DNA of 56,479 bases from a virus (IMGVR_UViG_3300035183_000127:1-56479), one strand, 5' to 3'. Positions 16,145-25,697 are shown, counted from the stretch's first letter. Numbers and translations: made by a program. The notes: generated from the sequence alone by a model not told the origin.

Positions 16145-16180
16145 TACATGTGACAGTGTGACATGTAACAGGAGGGTGGC

Positions 16181-16384
16181 GTGATCGAGATCATCATCGC
16201 AGCGGCAGTCACAACGTCGGTTCCTGAGCGGTGGCCACTGTGGCCCCAGTTCTGGTCACGATATGAGGCGCACGCTGCGGCGTATCAGGCGGAGAGGAGA
16301 AGGGATGCTGCCAAGCGGCTGGAGAGTGAGCGTCGAGGAGACGGTAGCCGGAGAAATCAGGCTCCTGATCGAGTCACCAAGTAG
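16181..16384 (+). CDS. Hypothetical protein
   Basis: AGGAGG SD before GTG. Confidence 0.55.
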   Translation: MIEIIIAAAVTTSVPERWPLWPQFWSRYEAHAAAYQAERRRDAAKRLESERRGDGSRRNQAPDRVTK

Positions 16385-16467
16385 CGGCGGAGCCGTATTC
16401 ACCGTCCACGTCGGCTCCGCGAGGGGTGAAATTCTCCGCAAGTTGGCGGCTGAACTCGGGAAAGAGG

Positions 16468-17133
16468 ATGGCGCAACAGAAACCGAAACACCGGCCCGGT
16501 CGTAGGCCAATCGACTGGGATCCCATCGAAGTCGAGTACAGGATGGGGCGGCTGACGCTGGCCGCTCTGGAGGCGAAGTACGGCGTATCGGCGACCAATA
16601 TCTCGCGCCATATGCGGAAGCTCGGGATCACGCGCGACCTGACGGACTCCGTGCGACTCGCCACGCGGGCGAAGGTGATCGAGCGCGAGTACACGAAGAA
16701 GCTGGAAAGCGCCACTGGGTTTGCGAAGAGCGCAGTCGAGGCGGCGGCGGAAGTCGGGGCAGACGTAGTCGAACGACACAAGTCGTCGATGCTGCAGCTA
16801 CGGGAAATCTGGACGACGCTCGTCAATGAACTGATGAGCCTGTCGGTCGCGCAGAGGAAGGGCCTAACGCGGGAGCGGCTGATCCAGATCGGGGCAGAAG
16901 CGGGGCTGGACCAAGACGAAGTAAGGGCGGCCATCGAGGCGGCAACCATGCAGGTGCGAATTGGTGCGGTGGACAAACTGGCAAATGTACTTGCGAAGCT
17001 TGTTCCGCTCGAAAGAAAGACGTACGGGCTGGACGAAGAGGGCTCAGAGAACGAGTGGGAGTCCAAATGGCGGTTGCTCGCAGAGCAGTACGACGCGGAG
17101 TTAGTGCAATCCACGCAGGGATCGCAAGAGTGA
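16468..17133 (+). CDS. terS: Terminase small subunit
   Basis: DW..IE..YR.G...L..L...YGVS HTH; LER..YGLD C-terminus; position upstream of the large subunit. Confidence 0.8.
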   Translation: MAQQKPKHRPGRRPIDWDPIEVEYRMGRLTLAALEAKYGVSATNISRHMRKLGITRDLTDSVRLATRAKVIEREYTKKLESATGFAKSAVEAAAEVGADVVERHKSSMLQLREIWTTLVNELMSLSVAQRKGLTRERLIQIGAEAGLDQDEVRAAIEAATMQVRIGAVDKLANVLAKLVPLERKTYGLDEEGSENEWESKWRLLAEQYDAELVQSTQGSQE

Positions 17134-17252
17134 ATCTGGCGAACGACCTGCTCGATGCTCCGCTGAGGCGTCGCAGCCATCTGCCGGATGCTGTTGCAGT
17201 CGCGGTCGCAGCGTTCGTGATCGTGATGCTGTGGTGGGCGTTGTGCGTTTAA
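17130..17252 (+). CDS. Single-TM micro-protein
   Basis: GTGA overlap with the terS stop; hydrophobic C-terminus. Confidence 0.5.
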   Translation: MNLANDLLDAPLRRRSHLPDAVAVAVAAFVIVMLWWALCV

Positions 17253-17650
17253 CGTGGCTCACTCTGTCGGTTGTGCTACACGGAGCGTTGATCGTGGCGC
17301 TACTGTGGCAGCCGAGTGAGACGGAGAAGAAGCAGCATCCGCAGCAGGTTGTGATCCTCGAAGGAACGAGCCTGAGCTTCGCTGCAGCAGACGGCGGCGG
17401 CCTCGCGTGCGATGAGAGTTACCTCGGGGTCGGAGTCAAGGTCTCGTGGAGCGGACGAGTGATCGAGGTGTCGCCCGGCGGACCTGCACAGAGGGCAGGA
17501 ATCGTGGTGGGCGACGTGATACACAACCCGTGGTATGACGAGTACGAAGACGGGCTATATGTTGTACGTGTAGTCCGTGGCGACGTGACGGTGCGCTACA
17601 AGATGAAGCGCGAGCGAATCTGCTTGGTGGCCGATGGACGGGCCGACTGA
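17243..17650 (+). CDS. Membrane-anchored PDZ-domain protein
   Basis: TM with SVVLH; YLGVGV...VIEVSPGGPAQRAGIVVGDVI. Confidence 0.8.
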   Translation: MRLTWLTLSVVLHGALIVALLWQPSETEKKQHPQQVVILEGTSLSFAAADGGGLACDESYLGVGVKVSWSGRVIEVSPGGPAQRAGIVVGDVIHNPWYDEYEDGLYVVRVVRGDVTVRYKMKRERICLVADGRAD

Positions 17651-19205
17651 ACGTGTGACATTGGACACTGCCGACGTCGTAGGACGCGGTGCGAAGGACT
17701 ACCGGTTCTACGCGTACGTGTTCCAGCGCGTCCTGTCCAAGAGCGGCGAGCTTGTGCCGTTCAAGCTCAACCGGGCGCAGCTTCATGTCCACGAGTTGAT
17801 CGAGCGTCAACTGAAGGAAAAGGGGTGGGTCCGCGCGATCATCCTCAAAGGTCGGCAGCAGGGCATCTCGACCTACATTCAAGGGCGACTCAACTGGCGG
17901 TTGAAACACCGTGCTGGAGCGAAAGCGTACGTCGTGGCGCACGAGCAGCGGGCGAGCGACAACCTGTACGCGATGGCGATCAGGTTCCACGAGAACACGC
18001 CGCCAGAGTTCAGACCGTCGACTGGTGCTGCGAACGCGAAGGAACTCTGGTTCGACCTGCTCGATAGTCGATACGAAGTTGCGACGGCCGGGACGCGCGA
18101 GACGGGCCGGTCTGGGACGGCGCAGTATCTGCACGCGTCAGAGTACGCATACTGGCCGACGCCGGAGGCGCATTGGGCGGGGCTCGGTCAGACGGTGCCG
18201 CTGCTGCCGAACACGGAGGTTATCGTCGAGTCGACCGCGAACGGAGTCAACAACGATTTCTATCGGCGGTGGAAGGCAGCGATCAACGGGTCGAGCGACT
18301 ATCTGCCGATCTTTATCCCGTGGTTCTGGCAGACGGAGTACACGCTCCCTGTGCCTGACGGGTGGGTGCGTTCGCCAGAGGAGGACCAGCTTGTCGAGGT
18401 CTACGGCGACAAGGGCCTCACCGACGAGCACCTCGTGTGGCGCAGATGGAAAATCGCCAACGACTTCGACGGCGACGTCAACCGGTTTCATGCGGAGTAT
18501 CCGTGCAACTGGCAGGAAGCGTTCGTATCGGACGCTCGAGACTCGTTCATTCCGGGCAGTCTGGTCGTGCGGGCGCAGGCGATGCAATCCGTTGTGCCGT
18601 CGGGCCCGATGGTCGTGGGCGTAGACCCAGCGAGGTACGGTGACGACCGGACGGCTATCGTGGTCCGTCAGGGCCGCAAGGTCAGGGCAGTCAAGACGTA
18701 CGCGAAGCGGGGGACGATGGAGGTTGCTGGCATCGTGGCCCGATTCATTGAGGCGCACAATCCAGATGCTGTATTCGTCGACGTGATCGGCATCGGCGCA
18801 GGCGTCTACGACCGGTTGTGTGAGCTTGGGTACGGGGCGCAGGATGACGAGTCCAAGAACGTCATCTTCGCGGTGAACGCTGCGGAGAGTGCCATCGAGA
18901 ACGACAAGTATGTCAACAGGCGCGCCGAGATGTGGGGGAACATGAAGCGGTGGCTCGAAGAGTTCCCGTGCTCGCTGCCGCAGTCGGACGAGATCCTCGC
19001 CGACCTGACTGCGCCCGGATACACGTACGACAGTTCGGGGCGACTCCGCATCGAGTCGAAGGAGAACATGCGGAAGCGGGAAGAGAAATCTCCCGACATC
19101 GCAGACGCGCTTGCGCTGACGTTCGCTGAGCCGGTGCGGAGGAAAGAGAAGGGCGGCCCCGTCGTCGCCGCATTCAGACCATTCGATGAGGTTGTGGGCT
19201 ACTGA
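17634..19205 (+). CDS. terL: Terminase large subunit
   Basis: ILKGRQQGIST Walker A, LHASE, ESTANG, nuclease GVDPAR.GDD, SPD.ADALALTF. Confidence 0.97.
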   Translation: MDGPTERVTLDTADVVGRGAKDYRFYAYVFQRVLSKSGELVPFKLNRAQLHVHELIERQLKEKGWVRAIILKGRQQGISTYIQGRLNWRLKHRAGAKAYVVAHEQRASDNLYAMAIRFHENTPPEFRPSTGAANAKELWFDLLDSRYEVATAGTRETGRSGTAQYLHASEYAYWPTPEAHWAGLGQTVPLLPNTEVIVESTANGVNNDFYRRWKAAINGSSDYLPIFIPWFWQTEYTLPVPDGWVRSPEEDQLVEVYGDKGLTDEHLVWRRWKIANDFDGDVNRFHAEYPCNWQEAFVSDARDSFIPGSLVVRAQAMQSVVPSGPMVVGVDPARYGDDRTAIVVRQGRKVRAVKTYAKRGTMEVAGIVARFIEAHNPDAVFVDVIGIGAGVYDRLCELGYGAQDDESKNVIFAVNAAESAIENDKYVNRRAEMWGNMKRWLEEFPCSLPQSDEILADLTAPGYTYDSSGRLRIESKENMRKREEKSPDIADALALTFAEPVRRKEKGGPVVAAFRPFDEVVGY

Positions 19206-21388
19206 TGCAAACGGAAAACTATCCGCCGAGTGAAGATGAGGTGCTTGGCCGGCTCGAGGCGTTCGGTGTCGCGGTACAGAAGCTGATCGACGAAGCGATC
19301 AGTGCGCGCGACGCGAGCGGAATCGAGTCGCGGTGGATCGAGGATCTGCGTCAGTACTACGGGTCCGAGATCACGCAGCAGTCGTACAGGTCGATGACGC
19401 AGATGGCGCAGGAGGGTGCGACCGATGCGGTCGTATCTGGCGACCGGCAGACGCGCAGCCGAATCTCGGTCAACATCACTCGCCCGAAGACGAATGCGGC
19501 GATCTCGCGCATCTCGGAGATGATGCTGCCGACGGACGACAAGAACTTCGCGATCAGGCCGACGCCGAACCCGGACCTTTCGTCCGACCTGCTCAAGGGT
19601 CGCGACACGGTGCTGACGGTTGGTGGGCAGCCGATCATGAAGCCGGACGGCACAGAGTTGACTGCCGCTGACGCTGCGAAGCAGGCCATCGAGGAGGCGG
19701 CTGAGCGTGCGAAGCGGATGGAGCGGGAGATCGAGGACCAACTCGTCGAGTGCAACTACAACGCCGAATTCCGCAAGGGCATCTGGGACTTCTGCGTCCT
19801 CGGGACGATGATCCTGCGTGGTCCGTTCGTGAAGCGGTACGTCAGCAAAAGTTGGATGAAGCTGCAGGGTGGGTGGGCGCTACAGATCGAGGAGAAGTAT
19901 GCGCCAGCGGTCACGAGGGTTAGCCCGTGGAACTTCTACCCAGACCCGGCTGCAGGCGGTGAGATCGAGCGGGCACGCTACGTCGTCGAGGTCGAGGAGT
20001 TCAACGCGAAGACTCTCCGCGAGTTGCGGGGGCAGAACGGGTACATCGCAAGCCAGATCAACGAGTGCCTGAACGAGGGGCCGAAGGCGTCCAAGGCTGC
20101 CAAGGGCCGCAGGGCTGGCGTCGACCGTATCGTGCCGGGCGAGTATGTGACGCCAGATGACGCGGTCTTCGACGTGTACATCGTGCACGGTGAATTTACC
20201 AAGGGCGACCTTGAGGCTGCCGGTGTCGACGGGTGCGAGTGCCAGAACGATGATGAGCGTCAGGATGCCGTCAGTGGGTGCGTGTTTATCTGCAACGGGC
20301 GACCGATCAAGGCGTACCTGAATCCGCTCGACTCCGGTGAGCTTCCGTACTCGGTGGCGCAGTACGAACGGATCGAGGGGCAGATGTTCGGTGTCGGCAT
20401 CCCGTACATCCTTCGGAATCCGTCGAAGGTCGTGACTGCCGGGTGGAGGATGATGATGGACAACGCGGCACTGTCATCCGGCGGACAGATCGTCATCAAC
20501 CGCAAGTTGATCGAACCTGCTGACAAGTCTTGGGCGCTCACTGGTTCGAAGATCTGGTTCTCGAAGGATGGAGCAGTCGACGTCGGGCACGCGTTCAAGA
20601 CTTACCAATTCGATACTCGGCAGAACGAGATTCAGGCGATCATCGAGCGGGCGCTGCAGTTCGCGGAGGATGAGTCGAGTCTGCCCTCCCTTCTGGAGGG
20701 GAATCAGGGGCGCGCGCCAGATCAGGTCGGGTCGCTGACTCTGCTTCACAACAACGCCAACACGGTGCTCCGCAGGGTCGTGAAGACAATCGACGACTCC
20801 ATCACGGACACGATGATCTCGCGCTTCTACGACTGGAACATGCAGTACAACGAGGACGACTCGATCAAGGGCGACTTCCAGATCGACGCGCGCGGCTCGT
20901 CGGCACTCATCCAGCGTGACATGCAGAAGCAGATGCTGCTGCAGATCGCAACCTACGTACTACACCCTGTCCTTGCGAAGTTCCACAAGAACGAGGGTTA
21001 CGACTGGCTCAAGTCTGTCTACGAGATGAACCAGATCGACTCCAAGAGCATCCTCGTCGGCGAAGATGAGGCGACACGCATCATCCAGCAGATGCAGCAG
21101 CAGCCGCAGCCGCAGGATCCGAAGGTTGCGGTCGCGCAGATCAAGGCGCAGCTTGATAGCGCCAAGCTGCAGGCGTCGGTGCAGGATGCGGAGCGTGAGC
21201 GTCAGGCCGACATGCAGAAGATGAACCTGCAGTACGAGCTTGAGGTGATCAAGTATGCGAACGAGAACAAGATGAAGCTCGAGGATGTGAAGGCGAGGAT
21301 GACGGAACTTCTTCTGCAGCAGCGGCACGAAGAGCGTATGCAGCAGAGGGAGCTTGATATCAAGGCCCGACTTGGGTCAGGCATCTGA
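19205..21388 (+). CDS. Portal protein
   Basis: Follows terL; VNITRPK, VSPWNFYPDP, FGVGIP..LR; Q-rich coiled-coil C-terminal barrel. Confidence 0.92.
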   Translation: MQTENYPPSEDEVLGRLEAFGVAVQKLIDEAISARDASGIESRWIEDLRQYYGSEITQQSYRSMTQMAQEGATDAVVSGDRQTRSRISVNITRPKTNAAISRISEMMLPTDDKNFAIRPTPNPDLSSDLLKGRDTVLTVGGQPIMKPDGTELTAADAAKQAIEEAAERAKRMEREIEDQLVECNYNAEFRKGIWDFCVLGTMILRGPFVKRYVSKSWMKLQGGWALQIEEKYAPAVTRVSPWNFYPDPAAGGEIERARYVVEVEEFNAKTLRELRGQNGYIASQINECLNEGPKASKAAKGRRAGVDRIVPGEYVTPDDAVFDVYIVHGEFTKGDLEAAGVDGCECQNDDERQDAVSGCVFICNGRPIKAYLNPLDSGELPYSVAQYERIEGQMFGVGIPYILRNPSKVVTAGWRMMMDNAALSSGGQIVINRKLIEPADKSWALTGSKIWFSKDGAVDVGHAFKTYQFDTRQNEIQAIIERALQFAEDESSLPSLLEGNQGRAPDQVGSLTLLHNNANTVLRRVVKTIDDSITDTMISRFYDWNMQYNEDDSIKGDFQIDARGSSALIQRDMQKQMLLQIATYVLHPVLAKFHKNEGYDWLKSVYEMNQIDSKSILVGEDEATRIIQQMQQQPQPQDPKVAVAQIKAQLDSAKLQASVQDAERERQADMQKMNLQYELEVIKYANENKMKLEDVKARMTELLLQQRHEERMQQRELDIKARLGSGI

Positions 21389-21399
21389 GGGAGAAGTAG

Positions 21400-21765
21400 A
21401 TGGCAGTCATTTCTGCGGCGGTGAGTCGCATCAGCAACAACTCCGTCGTCATTACGTGGACGGGTGCCACGAATGGCGACACGTTCGAACAGGTTCCTAC
21501 CGAGTTTGCGGACTACTCTGACCGCAGCATCCAAGTCTCCGGGACGCTCGGTGGGGCGACGGTGAACCTGCAGGGGAGTAACGATGGGACGAACTTTGCG
21601 AACCTGAGTGACCCGCAGGGGGTGGTGATTGGTCTCACAGCCGCCGGGATCAAGCAGGTGCTCGAGGCTGTCCGGTACCAGCGGCCATCGATTTCTGGCG
21701 GCACAGGTTCGTCGATCAACGTGACCATGTTCCTGCGTCGTGGACGCGGCGGCAAGGAGGTCTGA
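21400..21765 (+). CDS. Beta-rich putative virion protein
   Basis: QVSGTLGGATVNLQGSNDG pattern. Confidence 0.65.
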   Translation: MAVISAAVSRISNNSVVITWTGATNGDTFEQVPTEFADYSDRSIQVSGTLGGATVNLQGSNDGTNFANLSDPQGVVIGLTAAGIKQVLEAVRYQRPSISGGTGSSINVTMFLRRGRGGKEV

Positions 21766-22308
21766 ATGGCAACTGAAAACTATCACCGTGCGCTTGTGAG
21801 CCTCGATCAGCTTGCGCGCATCCTACGCGACGTCAACGAGGCGGCGGATGTCATCCGCACGATTGGTGCCCACGAGGACCACGTCAACGAACTGAAGGCC
21901 GCAATCGCGGAGCTTGGTCAGCAGAAGGAGGTTGCGTTGGCCGAGTTCCAGAACATCAAGCGTCGGGTCGCGGAGGAGACGGCGAAGGCCGAGAGTGCGC
22001 TCCGTGACGCGCAGCGTGAGTCGACAGAACTCCTTGAGTCGACGAAGGCTGCGTGTGAGGCGAAGGTCGCGGAGTCTAACCGTAGGGCCGACGAGATCAT
22101 CTCGAACGCGAACGCGAGGGCCGAGTCGATTGCGAAGGCGTCCCGCGAGACGGTGGAGGCTACGAGGGGCGAGATCGCGCAGATGAAGGCAGAGCTCGGT
22201 GACCTTGAGAAGAAGGTCGAGGAGAAGAAGGTGGAACTTGCCGACATCCAGTCGAAGATCGCCAAGGCTCGCGAGACGGTGTCGAAACTGTTCGGAGACG
22301 AGGAATGA
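21766..22308 (+). CDS. Coiled-coil protein
   Basis: Heptad-rich E/K/A composition. Confidence 0.75.
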   Translation: MATENYHRALVSLDQLARILRDVNEAADVIRTIGAHEDHVNELKAAIAELGQQKEVALAEFQNIKRRVAEETAKAESALRDAQRESTELLESTKAACEAKVAESNRRADEIISNANARAESIAKASRETVEATRGEIAQMKAELGDLEKKVEEKKVELADIQSKIAKARETVSKLFGDEE

Positions 22309-22883
22309 AGCGACCGAAGAAAGTCAGCCTGATCAAGGTGTGGGACTACCCCAAGAACGACTACTCCGCCTACTGGGAGATCGTCGTCACAGAAGGTGAT
22401 GCCTACAAGTGGTCGGCCAAGATCCTATCGTACGACCCCGTTGCTTGGAGGCACGGCGGAGTCGTATCGAGTGAGCGTCCGGATGTCCCGTGGCCTACGT
22501 ATCCGCCCGACCTGCCCGCTGGCGCGACTGAGGAGCAGCGTGAGGCTCGCCTGAAGCTGATCCAAAAGCTGTGGGAGGAGTCGCCACAACCGATCCACCT
22601 TCTGGAGGAGGGTTCTGGTTCTGCTGAGTCTCGAGATGAGGCTGACGAGGGTGCACAGAAGTGGGTGCTGTCGCGGATGGAGACGTACCGGCGCTCCGAG
22701 CCGCTGCACCGGTACACGGATGACGAGGTCGAAAATCTGGTCGCCACCTTCGACCTCGCGCGCAAGTCGCTCGACTTCGCCCGCGTCGACGAAATCCGTG
22801 GGCTCCTGAAGGCTCAGGGGATCGTTCTGGATGAGGGCGAAAGCATCGGGTACGGCGGCCACACGACTTGGAAGAGGGTGTAG
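22305..22883 (+). CDS. Hypothetical protein with CysRS-like C-terminal (anticodon-binding) domain
   Basis: ARKSLDFARVDEIRGLLKAQGIVLDE...TTWKR. Confidence 0.6.
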   Translation: MKRPKKVSLIKVWDYPKNDYSAYWEIVVTEGDAYKWSAKILSYDPVAWRHGGVVSSERPDVPWPTYPPDLPAGATEEQREARLKLIQKLWEESPQPIHLLEEGSGSAESRDEADEGAQKWVLSRMETYRRSEPLHRYTDDEVENLVATFDLARKSLDFARVDEIRGLLKAQGIVLDEGESIGYGGHTTWKRV

Positions 22884-23306
22884 ATGGCACAGCAACTTTC
22901 TCTCGCGGGCTCCATCCGCGCAAACATGCTCAACCAGATCCGCGACGCAATCGACGCAGGAGCCGGCGCGGGCCTCTTCCGCGTCTACAGCGGGACGCGT
23001 CCGTCTACCGGCGGCACGGTGACGACGCTCCTCGCGGAGCTTACGTTCTCCGACCCGTGCGCGCCGAACGCGTCCGGCACCACCGGTGGCTCATCGACGC
23101 TGACGTTCAACTCGATCACTGCGGACTCGAGCGCAGACAACACCGGCACCGCCACTTGGGGCCGCATGGTCGACTCGTCGGGGACGTTCGTAGCAGACTT
23201 CAACGTCGGCACATCGGGCTCCGACTTCAACCTGAACACGACTTCGATCAACGCTGGCGTGCAGGTCAGTTGCACGTCTGCAACCATCTCGGCGGGGAAC
23301 CAGTGA
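22884..23306 (+). CDS. Putative virion structural protein
   Basis: VYSGTRP...LLAELT...GTATWGR...DFNVG..G.D..L pattern of phage structural proteins. Confidence 0.7.
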   Translation: MAQQLSLAGSIRANMLNQIRDAIDAGAGAGLFRVYSGTRPSTGGTVTTLLAELTFSDPCAPNASGTTGGSSTLTFNSITADSSADNTGTATWGRMVDSSGTFVADFNVGTSGSDFNLNTTSINAGVQVSCTSATISAGNQ

Positions 23307-23533
23307 GAGTAACCGTAATCGAGGTTGTCGAGGCGCTCAACCGTGGCGGCCAGATGACGGTGGCGGAGATCGTCGAAGCAACGAAGATGAACGTCGACAC
23401 CGTGAGGGACACGTTGGCGACGCTACTGAAGGCTGGCTGGGTCTACCCGTGCGGATTCAGGAGCAGAGTCCCGGGGAAGATGAAAGCCGTAGTTTGGGAG
23501 TCTGCTGTACACAGATCGGGGAGGAGAGAATGA
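23303..23533 (+). CDS. Winged HTH DNA-binding protein
   Basis: MTVAEIVEATKMNVDTVRDTLATLLKAGWV. Confidence 0.75.
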   Translation: MRVTVIEVVEALNRGGQMTVAEIVEATKMNVDTVRDTLATLLKAGWVYPCGFRSRVPGKMKAVVWESAVHRSGRRE

Positions 23534-23859
23534 GGGCGACAGTTTTTGCAATCCTGATGGCGGCAGCATCTGTTGCTTTTGCCGGTGACGCGCGCGTGTG
23601 CCACACGAACCCTGACGACGTCGTTAGGAACGCTGACGGCAAGATCAAACGGAGTCAGACGGCGAAGCACAAGTTCGCGATGGAGCACCCGTGCCCATCT
23701 ACAGGCCTCACAACTGGAGCATGTGCAGGGTGGTACATCGACCACGTCATCCCGCTGGCTTGCGGCGGCTGCGACGACATGATCAACATGCAGTGGCTCC
23801 CCGAAGCCCAGTGGAAGGACAAGAGCAAGTGGGAGCGCAAGGTCTACTGTGGACGGTGA
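23530..23859 (+). CDS. HNH-family nuclease with N-terminal signal peptide
   Basis: HPCPSTG...GAC.GW.IDHVIPLACGG.D...NMQW; AxA cleavage-like leader. Confidence 0.8.
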   Translation: MRATVFAILMAAASVAFAGDARVCHTNPDDVVRNADGKIKRSQTAKHKFAMEHPCPSTGLTTGACAGWYIDHVIPLACGGCDDMINMQWLPEAQWKDKSKWERKVYCGR

Positions 23860-23865
23860 GGAACC

Positions 23866-24435
23866 ATGAAGAAGGCTCTACTGATTCTGTATGACGTGGT
23901 GGTCGCAGTCGCCGTCGAGATCATCTCGTGGCCTCTGGCGCTCCTCGTCCCCATCGTGGCGCTCTTCGCCAAGTGGGACGATGAGCCGACGAATTGGACC
24001 GGCGGAGAGTACGACCACGATCACCCCGCCGTCCGTGGCGACCTTCCTCGGTGGGCATATATTTGGAGCACTCCAGACGAGCGGCTGCCGGGTGACGTGC
24101 GGATGTACCAGACGCGCATGGTGCTCGACTGGGCGACGAAGAAGTTCGGCGACAAGATCGGGCGCTACCTGACGAGCGTCTGGTGGCTGTGGAGAAACCG
24201 CATGTACGGCCTCGCGTGGGTTGTGAACTCTCAGCCTAGTGACGGCTACTTCGACAAGACCCCGATCCCCGGAATCATCTGGCGCGAGAGTGAAGGCATC
24301 TGGCGGTGGTGGAACAGGTTCGGTCCAGTCGAGCTTCAGGCTGGCTGGAAGCCGCACAGGGCAGATGAGAAGGCGCACTGGCAGCGTGGACCTTTTGTGG
24401 TGATCCGATACGTCTCAGTCAGGAAAGCCAAGTAG
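23866..24435 (+). CDS. Trp-rich phage membrane protein
   Basis: N-terminal TM; LPRW....STPD..LPGD, WLWRN..YG, GWK. Confidence 0.75.
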   Translation: MKKALLILYDVVVAVAVEIISWPLALLVPIVALFAKWDDEPTNWTGGEYDHDHPAVRGDLPRWAYIWSTPDERLPGDVRMYQTRMVLDWATKKFGDKIGRYLTSVWWLWRNRMYGLAWVVNSQPSDGYFDKTPIPGIIWRESEGIWRWWNRFGPVELQAGWKPHRADEKAHWQRGPFVVIRYVSVRKAK

Positions 24436-24438
24436 GGT

Positions 24439-24834
24439 ATGGCCCGCAACGCAAGCATCCCGTTTGCCACTTACCCTGCTGGCACATACGGGCCCAACGT
24501 CATTGACGGCGGCCAGCTTGGCGACGCCGGAGCGCGCATCCATATTCAGCGTGGGACCGACGGAACGTGGCCTCTGACACCATCTGACACGGTGTGCAGC
24601 GTGCTGATCGAGTTCCTGTATGGCTCATCGTGGTCACCCGGCGCTGCGGCGACGTTTACGGGTGGTCAGCAGCAGGACAAGTTCGGCGCGACGAAGACGA
24701 GCGACTACCTGTCCGTCTATTGGCAGAAGGAGCTTGTTAACGGCGTGATGACTCCGGTGCGTCCTGACTCCGTGCGGGCGACCGTTACGTTGACAGTCAA
24801 TACGCCTTTGGCTGCGAGTGTGACATGGCTGTAA
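24439..24834 (+). CDS. Putative virion accessory protein
   Basis: Beta-rich G/T/S composition. Confidence 0.65.
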   Translation: MARNASIPFATYPAGTYGPNVIDGGQLGDAGARIHIQRGTDGTWPLTPSDTVCSVLIEFLYGSSWSPGAAATFTGGQQQDKFGATKTSDYLSVYWQKELVNGVMTPVRPDSVRATVTLTVNTPLAASVTWL

Positions 24835-25697
24835 GCGTAGTTCGTACATCGACGTACGTCGACTCATCTACATCGAGCGCCACGACATTCTTCAGCGGCA
24901 CTCCGACGGTTGGCAACTACGTCGCTGTGACAACGACCGAGTTCAATTCGACACAGTGCGTCTGCACAGACGACGCAACAGGTGGGAGCAACACATACAC
25001 TACGCACAGGGCGGCTACTACAGGCTCAAATAGAGCCTCAGTAGCGCGCGCGAAGCTTGACAGGACGAAGGCGAATCTTGGGGTAACGGTCAATTGCGGA
25101 GCCGGAAATTTTGCAGCCGGAGCAATCGAGATTTCCGGTGTTGCTGATACGAACCCTGTTGACCTGAATGCGTCCCAGACGACGGACACGACCAGCCCGT
25201 GGACGCTGTCGCTGTCTGCGCCTGCTCAGACTGACGAGATTCTGATCGCGGCATTCAGCTTTGCTGCTTCATCGGCATCAACGTTCAACATCACAGCAGA
25301 CCAGTGGTCTGGCGCAACACCGACAGCGATTTTCATCAATGATGGGCCTTCAATCGCTGGTGAATATGGTGCAGGCGCATACCTCATTACGAATGACCTG
25401 ACTGCTCGGACAGTCAGCTTTTCAGCGAATAATAATGGTGGCTCAGCGTCACCTATTCAGGTAATTTCGTTGAAGGGCGCTGCAACGCTTGACCAGAAAG
25501 CCTACCGATACTTCAACGACGACGGGAGTGAGAGTGCGAGCACACCGATGGCGGCGCAGAATACGGATGTGACGGTAGCGCCCGGCGGAGTTTTTCGAAT
25601 CCGCTTCGGCATTCAGGCGGTTCACGATCCGGCAGGAAAACAATTCCGCCTCGAATACGACAACGTGGGCGGATCGAACTGGAGACAGGTGCCCTGA
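24825..25697 (+). CDS. Putative virion fibre/decoration protein
   Basis: S/T/A-rich beta domain plus C-terminal YRYFNDDGSE...FRIRF module. Confidence 0.7.
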   Translation: MAVSVVRTSTYVDSSTSSATTFFSGTPTVGNYVAVTTTEFNSTQCVCTDDATGGSNTYTTHRAATTGSNRASVARAKLDRTKANLGVTVNCGAGNFAAGAIEISGVADTNPVDLNASQTTDTTSPWTLSLSAPAQTDEILIAAFSFAASSASTFNITADQWSGATPTAIFINDGPSIAGEYGAGAYLITNDLTARTVSFSANNNGGSASPIQVISLKGAATLDQKAYRYFNDDGSESASTPMAAQNTDVTVAPGGVFRIRFGIQAVHDPAGKQFRLEYDNVGGSNWRQVP

